The position numbers were made by a program, and so were the translations under genes. DNA of 40,925 nucleotides, from positions 67,964-108,888 of the forward strand of contig CAZZGW010000001.1 in the NCBI GenBank assembly GCA_964653605.1, written 5' to 3'. This stretch comes from Candidatus Woesearchaeota archaeon. GTDB lineage: Archaea > Nanobdellota > Nanobdellia > Pacearchaeales > GW2011-AR1. Positions 16,355 through 24,700 of this stretch are shown here, piece by piece. The notes beneath the pieces were generated by a model. It made no database searches. It was not told where the DNA came from and was given only the letters and a program-made list of their open reading frames with translations. Numbering within the stretch: position 1 is the first letter of the stretch; the number at the start of each line of letters is the position of its first letter.

Positions 16355-16400
16355 AGACACCAAAGTCTAATCTTCCCTTAGGATTGTACTTAGAGTTAAT
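16355..16400 (-). repeat. copy B2 of the same element (distal tandem copy, core only)
   Basis: The core CTTCCCTTAGGATTGTACTTAGAGTTAAT (+ strand) differs by 1 nt from the B1 core. Confidence 0.5.
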
Positions 16401-16460
16401 GAAACATCTGGTTTTTTTTGTATTTTCCTCAAAGTACTGAAAAAGATATTCTTGGAAATA

Positions 16461-16468
16461 TTTAAATA
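16461..16468 (+). promoter_or_regulatory. consensus archaeal TATA box TTTAAATA
   Basis: It is a perfect match to TTTAWATA and ends 22 nt upstream of the ATG at 16490 (leaderless geometry). Confidence 0.5.
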
Positions 16469-16489
16469 TGTTTGTTTGCTAGATTGCTC

Positions 16490-16696
16490 ATGAGGCACTA
16501 TAAAAGAAGTAAGGGGAAGATGGCAATTTTCTTAATTTTCTTAATTTTAGCTTTATATTTTGTGAATATGTCTTTAGATTTTGTTAAAATTCCTGCATTT
16601 ATATTAAAAATTGAAGATTGGATTGTTCTAATTGGGGGAATTCTGATTTTTATTGGCGGATTTAATTTTTTGAAAGTTAAGAGACATAATTTTTAA
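16490..16696 (+). CDS. small membrane protein (68 aa from ATG 16490; tracked ORF begins at TTG 16472)
   Basis: A basic N-terminus (MRHYKRSKGK) is followed by two hydrophobic helices. Confidence 0.45.
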   Translation: MRHYKRSKGKMAIFLIFLILALYFVNMSLDFVKIPAFILKIEDWIVLIGGILIFIGGFNFLKVKRHNF

Positions 16697-16784
16697 TTCT
16701 TATTTTGTAATTTGTCAACTTATTTTTAATGGAATTTACTTAGTAAGTAAGTAATTAAGTAATTAAGTAAGTTAATAAGAAAAC

Positions 16785-16794
16785 TTTATATATA
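16785..16794 (+). promoter_or_regulatory. candidate TATA element (TTTATATATA) upstream of the giant-protein operon
   Basis: This is the only strong TATA-like run in the gap and it is preceded by purine-rich AGAAAA. It lies 20 nt upstream of the GGAG at 16814-16817, which is rather close, so the transcription start site and this assignment are uncertain. Confidence 0.3.
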
Positions 16795-16824
16795 GGAATT
16801 ATCTTAAGTATTTGGAGTTTGATA

Positions 16825-16959
16825 ATGAAAAAGTATTTACTTCTTATAGAGGATGAGAAACTTTGGGAAAAGTTTAAGAAAGTTATTAAAAAAGATATAA
16901 ATACTGAGATCATAGAGTTAATAAAAGATAAAATTGGAGTAAAAGATAAAAATGAATAA
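16825..16959 (+). CDS. 44-aa ribbon-helix-helix-like small protein (not in ORF track), first gene of the giant-protein operon
   Basis: My translation is MKKYLLLIEDEKLWEKFKKVIKKDINTEIIELIKDKIGVKDKNE. The pattern is a beta strand (KYLLLI), helix A, an N-T-E turn and helix B, as in CopG/Arc/MetJ proteins. The SD GGAG lies 7 nt upstream. Its stop lies 8 nt inside the next gene (ATGAATAA). Confidence 0.4.
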   Translation: MKKYLLLIEDEKLWEKFKKVIKKDINTEIIELIKDKIGVKDKNE

Positions 16960-18781
16960 GCGGGGCCAATTAACAATTTTCATTATAATTGCCATACTTG
17001 TTGTAGCAATGGTCGTAGGATTCTTTGTTTTTTGGGATAGGCCAGGGCCTTCAAAAGTTCCAAGAAATTTTGAGCCGGTATATAATACATTTCTTACTTG
17101 TATAGAGGAAAATCTCCAGCTTGGGGTGGATGCTCTTTCAGTCCAAGGAGGATATATTGAATTGCCAGAATTTGAACCTGGCTCTTTGGCATTTCCATTT
17201 TCTTCTCAGTTAAACTTCGTTGGAACTTCTATTCCCTATTGGGATTATATTTCTGGAGGGGGAATGCACAAAACACAAATTCCTACCGTAGAGGATATGG
17301 AAGGGGAGTTGGAGGAGTTTGTTATTTCTAGAATGGATTATTGTAATTTTGATAGTTATTATGCTTCTGAGATGACTTTGCTTTTTGGTGAGGGAACTCC
17401 TAAAGTTAAGATAAAAGATGGGGAGGTTGTTTTGGATTTGGATTTGGATTTTGTAGCATCTCTTGAAGGAGAAACTATCTCAGTAGAAAGGCACCATATA
17501 GCAATTGTAACAAAGCTTGGAAGTTTGTATGAGGATGCTTTGAAAGTTTATGAGTATGAGCAAGAGGAAATGTTTTTGGAAGATTATGGCCTAGATGTTC
17601 TGAACTTATACGCTCCGGTTGATGGGGTTGAGTTTACTTGTGCCCCAAAAGTTTGGGTTGCGGATAATGTATTTTATGATATTGAAGAGGCGCTTGAGAT
17701 AAACACAATGGCAATGAAAGTTGGAAATGAAAAGGAATATTTTGATGTGGAGATTGGCACAAATAACGATGTCCGCTTTATCAATTCTAGACATTGGCCT
17801 AGAAGTTTTGAAGTTAATCCTAGCGAGGATAATATTTTAAGAGCAGACCCTGTGGGGAACCAGCCTGGAATGGGTATTTTAGGATTTTGTTATGTAAGTT
17901 ACCATTTTGTTTATAATATGAATTATCCTGTTTTAGTTCAGGTTCATTCTGGAGATTCTAATGAAGTTTTCCAATTTCCTATGGCTGTTGTTATCCAAGG
18001 GAATAGAGCAAGAGAGCCTTTGGCTGGAGATGCTCTCGGATTAGAGAAGGGAATAGATTTATGTGCTGGAATGAATAGCCCCACGCTTATTTCTGTTTAT
18101 GGTAATGACGGGAATAGGGTGGAAGCAAATCTTTCTTATAATTGTTTAAATGATAAATGTTACCTTGGGGGAACTGGGGGAGGGATATTTGAAGGTAATT
18201 TACCTCAGTGTGTTAATGGATTTATTTTAGCTAAAGCAGAAGGGTATGAAGAAGGAAGCTTTATGTATTCTAGTGTGGAGAGGGGCCAAGTTAATCTTTT
18301 CTTAGATAAACTCTATACCTTGGATTTGAATTTATTTATGGAGGGCAAAAGATATAGTGATGAGGCAATAATTAATTTTGTTTCGGAGGATAAAGTTAAA
18401 GCTGTTTATTATCCTCAACAAAAGCAGGTTGAACTTAGCGAGGGAGATTATGAAGTTAGAGTTTATGTTTATGCAGATTCTCGTTTAGAATTCCCTGAAA
18501 TGACCTATGAGCAATGTTATGACGTTCCTAGAGGGCCAATACTAGGTTACTTTGGAGCTACAAGAGAAGAATGTGTTGATGTTGAATATCCCGAACAGGC
18601 ACTTACAAATGCCTTAGTTGCTGGAGGAGCAGAAGAGCATTCTATTTCAGAGGACCAATTAAAATCTTCAAATGTTTTGGAAATTAACTTTGAGAGATTC
18701 CCAAATCCAAAAACAATTTCTCAGCTACAAGAAAACTATATTTTATTTGATCAGACGGGGGTGGATATTAAACTTAAATGA
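16952..18781 (+). CDS. 609-aa exported protein with class III (type IV prepilin-like) signal peptide; function unknown
   Basis: The N-terminus is MNKRGQ followed by LTIFIIIAILVVAMVVGFFVF. This gives a basic residue, Gly, Gln at +1 and then a hydrophobic helix, the archaeal prepilin peptidase substrate pattern. The remainder is an acidic, Cys-containing extracellular region. A beta-sandwich-like stretch (ISVYGNDGNRVEANLSYN...GFILAKAEGYEEGSF) is present. Confidence 0.85.
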   Translation: MNKRGQLTIFIIIAILVVAMVVGFFVFWDRPGPSKVPRNFEPVYNTFLTCIEENLQLGVDALSVQGGYIELPEFEPGSLAFPFSSQLNFVGTSIPYWDYISGGGMHKTQIPTVEDMEGELEEFVISRMDYCNFDSYYASEMTLLFGEGTPKVKIKDGEVVLDLDLDFVASLEGETISVERHHIAIVTKLGSLYEDALKVYEYEQEEMFLEDYGLDVLNLYAPVDGVEFTCAPKVWVADNVFYDIEEALEINTMAMKVGNEKEYFDVEIGTNNDVRFINSRHWPRSFEVNPSEDNILRADPVGNQPGMGILGFCYVSYHFVYNMNYPVLVQVHSGDSNEVFQFPMAVVIQGNRAREPLAGDALGLEKGIDLCAGMNSPTLISVYGNDGNRVEANLSYNCLNDKCYLGGTGGGIFEGNLPQCVNGFILAKAEGYEEGSFMYSSVERGQVNLFLDKLYTLDLNLFMEGKRYSDEAIINFVSEDKVKAVYYPQQKQVELSEGDYEVRVYVYADSRLEFPEMTYEQCYDVPRGPILGYFGATREECVDVEYPEQALTNALVAGGAEEHSISEDQLKSSNVLEINFERFPNPKTISQLQENYILFDQTGVDIKLK

Positions 18782-21700
18782 ATAAAAATTTAAAATTAAT
18801 TTTTGTATTTGCATTTGTTTTCTTATTTGTAATCTCTTTTGGTAGTGCGTATACAAAGTCATACCCTGACATTATGCAATATGTTGCAACAGGGGGGGTG
18901 GGTGCTTTTGCGCAAAATAGTTTGGCTTTTGATAAATCAATGTGCGAGACTGGAACTGATTTTTTATTACAAATTGTCCCTTTTAGTTGTGAACCAAATC
19001 CTATTAGAAGTGATTTGCTGGAAGAAGAAGATGTTGCTGTTTATTGTCAGATTGCTGCAACCCAAATAAATCCCTTAATTGATGTTGAGACAATTAAATC
19101 AATGAAAATAGTTCCGGATAGGAGCTTTGGAGGGGGGGTTGTTAAGAATATTGCTTATTATCCTTCACAGGCTGCTTTAGGAAGGATTCCTAGTGGGGTT
19201 GTTAATAATCCTATGCTGGAAAACTTAGGTTATGTTGTTATTATTGTTGGAAAAAATGCAAATGAATCTGCAATGCCTGATTTTGTAGAAGGGAATTTGA
19301 CTGCCACATTAAGATATGATATTCAGGGGGCTTTTGGAATTGGTAAGTCTGAATTTTATCTGCCTGTTTTAAGTGATTCCGAATTTCAAGATAGATATTT
19401 GCAATATGGTTTTTGGGATGGAAGAGGATACCTAAGAGCAGAAGGAGTTGGAGATCATGAGGCAAGAATTTCTATTTATTCTGACGCAGAAGTAACTACC
19501 GGATTTCCTTCAAGATCTGAAGGAAGAGATTATAGTCAATTAAGATATTCTTCTTATACTGTTGAGAGGGGTAAAGAATCTCCTGAAATTTATTTGCCGG
19601 GATTGAGTCCTTGCATGGCAGGATTTAAATTGAGGTTGAATGATGTAGAAAATCCAGATACCACTGCTCGTTTAAGAGTCAATTCTGAGGTTGTTGAAGT
19701 TAAGCAGGGAGAGAAATTTTTAGAGGATAAATGTACTGTTTTGAGTGTTGAACATCAAGGATTGCACCAGTCTGCAGAGATTCGTTGCATTGATGATGAT
19801 GGAAGAGGATATACCTCTTTATTGAGTAGATCTCCAGGAGTGGAGTTAGAATTTGATAAGGATAAGGATGGTCACCTCGATAAATTAGAATTTCAACTGG
19901 GAGATAAGATTTATTCGGATAGGAATAAAGATGTTTTCTTAGGATACGTTGGAAGTTTTGATAATTCTCTAGCTGAAAAGGATATGTTTGTTGTTCTTTT
20001 TGCTGCCCCTTCCGAAAGAGGAATTGTAAAGTTAGATGATACTCAACTGAGGGCCGTTGCAAGGTTTGTTAAGCATAGAACTAAAGATTTGGGGACTGGG
20101 GCTGCTTTTGTGGATAATTTTGTAAATTCTCTTTCTGCTTTGTCTGCGGTTTCTGTAGAAGGAGTTACTTGGTTGGTTAAAGGAGAAGATTTTGAGATTC
20201 TTATTAAGCGTGGTGATGGAGAGAGATTTAAATCTAGAGAAATTGAATTAAATGGTTTCTCTTCTTCTGGAGGGAGTGATTATTTCTCTGCTTTGGATCT
20301 TAATTCAAATTCTAGAGGTTACTATGACAATGCTATTGAGGATTTTGAAACTGTTGAGGATTTCTACTCGGAAGTATCTGCTGCGGATGGTTCTTTTGAT
20401 TCTTTAGGAGAGCAAGCTCTTTATGAGGCTTTAGTGCTTGCTAGCAGGGTTGGAGAGACAGAAAATTTACTAACTTTTTGTGATGAGTTTATTGAGTATT
20501 ATCCTAATTCTTTGGTGATGCCGAGAGTAAATCTTCTTTGTTATGATGAATATACAATTTCAAATACGGGGGATAATATTTTTGAAGTTTTAATTAATGG
20601 AGACTTAAAAGAAATAAGTTTAGAAAGAGTAAGGAATCCAACCTATGAGCAGTACGGGGCTGAAATTTATATTAGAGGTCCTAATGGAAAAGTAGAGTTG
20701 GTTAAGCTTGGAAAAGATGAAATTTTCTTTTTAGATGGATTTAGAGGGCAAGTAGATTATGATTCTCAAGAAAACATTCCTGAAGATGAAGAAGAGGTTT
20801 CTTCTTTTGAAGATATAGAAACTCCTGGTTTGAAGTTGAAAATTAAAGATTCTAAGAATGTTATGTATAAATATTACAAGGGGGCTTGGTATATGAGGGT
20901 TTGGAGAAAAGGGTTGATACAAGATCACGATGACACAATTCCTGGGGAGAACTTTATAAAATTAGAAACTTTTGATTCTGGCCTCTCAAAAGTTAGTTTG
21001 GAGAATAGGGACAAGAGAATAATAGATGATCTTAAAGATAAAGATTATGCAGAAGGAATGAAGATGCTTGTGGATATTGTTCTTGGGGAAGATGGTGCGT
21101 CTTTAGGATTAGAAAGTTTTTCGGATATGACTCATCTTAAAAGTGATGGAAGATATGTGAATACCCAAGGAAATTCAAGGGATGTGGATTTTAGATTTGA
21201 TAAATCAACAGAAAAATGGTACTGGGGAAGTGATGCTAGTGTTCTTGGAAGAGCCTCCTGGATTGATGTTTCTGAATCTGGAGGAGATCAAGAAAAGTTC
21301 CTTAATGAGGATGGAGAAAAAAATAAAGCTACGGTTCTGAGAAATATGGGTCTTTATGAGGGAACTGCGTTTTTATTCTGGCATGATTCTTCTTACAACG
21401 AGAATACAGATGATAATTTCGATTATGATATAAGGGTTTCTGATACGGGAAAAATAGAACTTGGATTTAATCCAGAATCAATTGCTTTGGAAGATTTAGG
21501 AGATGATAGGGCAACTATTAATTTCCAAAGGGTTGAGAATTTTGTTGAGAGAAATTTTGTTACAGATAATAAACAGCTTACTTTGAATAAAGAAATTTCT
21601 ATTGGGGATTATTATGTAACTCTCAAGGATATTCATCTTGAAAAAGTTGCTAGGGTTACTGTTGTTCCAATGGTAAATAATCAATTCTCAAATTCTACTT

Positions 21701-24700
21701 TTCCCTATAGGGTTGCAATTGAAAAGAGAAAATTCCCTATGTCCGATGAAAGGATAAATGAAAAAATTGAGACGCTTGATGGGAGGATTGAGTGGCTGAA
21801 TACTACTGCAGAATACTTAGAAACAACAGTTGAAATAGGGAACAAGGTTTGTACAGGGGTTGGTCTTGGATTAACACTTAAGAATTTAATAAATAATATG
21901 AACGGGGGATCAATTGCAAGAACTTCTGTTATGCAAGGGAAAGGGGGATGGAATGAGGTCTGTCAGAAAGCGATGGCCGCAAAAGAACCAGAATATAGTT
22001 CCTTAGATGATTGTTTCTTGGAGCATTCTAAGGAAATAGACAATGATGTTAAAATGTACACAGATATTTTGAAAAGCCAAAATGATGCTCTGGCTCGTTG
22101 TGAGGGAGAAGTTAAAGGAGATGATGGAAACTTTGCAGAGAGATCTTATATAAATCAACAGCAATTGGTTGATTGTTATTTGGAGAATAGGATTAATGAT
22201 CCGAATAGTGGTTTGGGAGATACTTTAGATCAATTGGAAAGTAAAGGATATGTTGGACCAGATGGAAAATTCTATGCAAAGTTGGCAGAAGATGGTGTCA
22301 CTCCTTTGGGTGTGGGGGTGGATATCTCTGAAATTGATGAAGTTTTAAGTAAGAAAGTGGATGATGAAAATTATGCATTTAAGAAAAATGTATATTCCGT
22401 AGAACAATTAAAGGAAATTGAGTATTATAGTCTTGCACTTCAGGAAGATCCCGCTAATGATATGGCTAGGGAAAGATTGTACTCTTCTTTGACTGATTTG
22501 GAAAAGAATGCAAGGAACTTTAATCAAATTTCTGAAGTTGCTAATAGGGCAAACATTGATATTGATAAGGTAGGATATACTTATACTGGAGACTTAAAAC
22601 AACAAAGGGAAAATATCTATTTAGGATTAACAAAAGGAACTTATAACCAAGCGAGAAATATTCCAAATGTTGAAAATGGAGAGCCAATCTATGTTTCTGG
22701 GTCTAATCATGGAAGTTTTATGGTGGTTTTAGCAGACACCGAAGATAGTGGGGATGGAAGTAAAATGGCTGTAAAGAGAGATGATGATGGGCCTTTGATT
22801 TATGATTTAGAAGGAGAGAGAATATTTAGGCAAAAAGGAGATGATAATAATGAAGGGACAGCAATAATAAATGCAGTTGAAAACACAGTTTATGTAAAGA
22901 GAGATGCCGCTTCCTATAGAAATCCTTATACTAATCCTAGAGTTAAGTATTTTGATAACGAATTAACTGGAGGATATCCAGCGGTTGTTCCTGTGGATAC
23001 TGTTAATGGATGGTATGCTGCAACTAAATCAACTTTGCCTGTTGGAGGAAATATAGCCGCTTTTGATAAATCTGGAGTTGTTAGGAGCTTTTGGTTGTGT
23101 AATGTTGGAGAAAATGGGCTTGAAGAATATATTTCTGGAGATGATATTTGTAGCATGATTAATCTTGGAACAGGAGATGATTACACTGCTTTCCATAACT
23201 TGGATCCAAGTAAAGTTGAAAATTTAATTAGACAAGCAACAAGAAATATTGAAGAAGCTCAAAGCGCCAATAAGAATTCTAGAGGGTGGGTTACTATAGA
23301 TAGAAAGAGGTATCAAGTTGGTCAACCTCAAGCCGAAATTCCTTCAGTCCAATGCCAAGATTTAATGTCTCCTAAAGATTGTAGTTTAATGTATAACTTT
23401 TGTGATCCTTTTGTTTGTCCTAGTTCAAGATGTGATCTAGGAGGAAAGTATCCTGTAAGGGATGTTGTTCAATCTGGAATTTTTGGAGGGGTCGTTTTAT
23501 GTTACCCTAATGCTAAATGGCATGGAGGGGATGTTTATGTTCCGATTTGCGTTTCTGCAATAAGTGCGGGTGTAGATGGATGGTTACAAGTTAATAAAGG
23601 ATATAGAGATTGTTTGCAACACAATTTGGATACTGGAGAGACAGTTGGAATTTGTGACGAGATGCATAGTATTTACTTGTGTGATTTCTTTTACAGGCAG
23701 GCGAAACCTATTCTACAATTAGGAATTACTGAGCTTGGTTCTGCTTTATTAGGGCAAAATAGTCGTGGAGGTGGAGAATATATGACCTTTAAGAATGCTA
23801 TTAGTAATGCTGGAGATTCAATAGATTACTTTAAACAATATTACGCTGCAGAGGCATATAGGGCATTTAAACTTAGATCTGTGGATCAAATAAGTATTAA
23901 TGATCCTTGTGGGACTTTCCAGTCAGTAATTTTTCCAAATAGTGGAGAGGTTTTAGATTCATTAACTCAAGCCAGATCTCCTGTTCAGTTTACTGGTAAA
24001 TTTGAAGAAATGCAATTAACAACAATTACAAATCCTCCAACTTCGCACTATAAAGTTTATTATCAGATTTATGCTGGAAAAGATTCTGGGGCTTACTATC
24101 AAGTTTATTTGAGAGGAGGTAGTGGTAGCGATTATTATAGAGATACAACTTTTGATAGAATTGTTGATTCTGGACATATTGCTGCTGGGCAGAGTGTTTT
24201 TAATACAGAAGATTTCCAGGCACCTTCTGGCTACAAAGAGCTTTGTGTTGTTGTAAATGGCCAACAAGAATGTGGGTTCCAACAGGTTTCTACTTCCTTT
24301 GGAATTAACTATCTTAGTGATCTTTATATGAATCAACAAGCTAGCGAAACAGATATTAAAACAGAGAAAGAATGCATTTCTGGGTCTTCTAGTATGTATC
24401 AACTATTAAATCCTAATTTGCAGTCTGCTGCAGAAAATATTATTGATCCTGCCGTGTATAATAATGGATTATATAGAAAGTGTGCAACCCACGATCCTGG
24501 GGCTGGGGTGGATAGTAAAGCTGGAACAGAAGATGCACGTTGGGTGAAAGTAGGTTATTGTGGGGACACAAGTATTGGGTGTTGGATTGATACGGATAGT
24601 GTAAAGGATGTAATAAAACATTTGGGGTTAGAAGAAGATGCATTGAACAAAACTTCTGAGAATTTTCTTGATGAATTGTTTGAAGATGGAAACTATCTTA

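Noticed and set aside
16755-16976. A 73-aa minus-strand ORF lies upstream of the giant-protein operon.
   Set aside because: It is Ile/Phe/Ser low complexity. It overlaps the plus-strand 44-aa ORF, which has an SD and is coupled to the next gene, and it runs into the start of the 609-aa gene.
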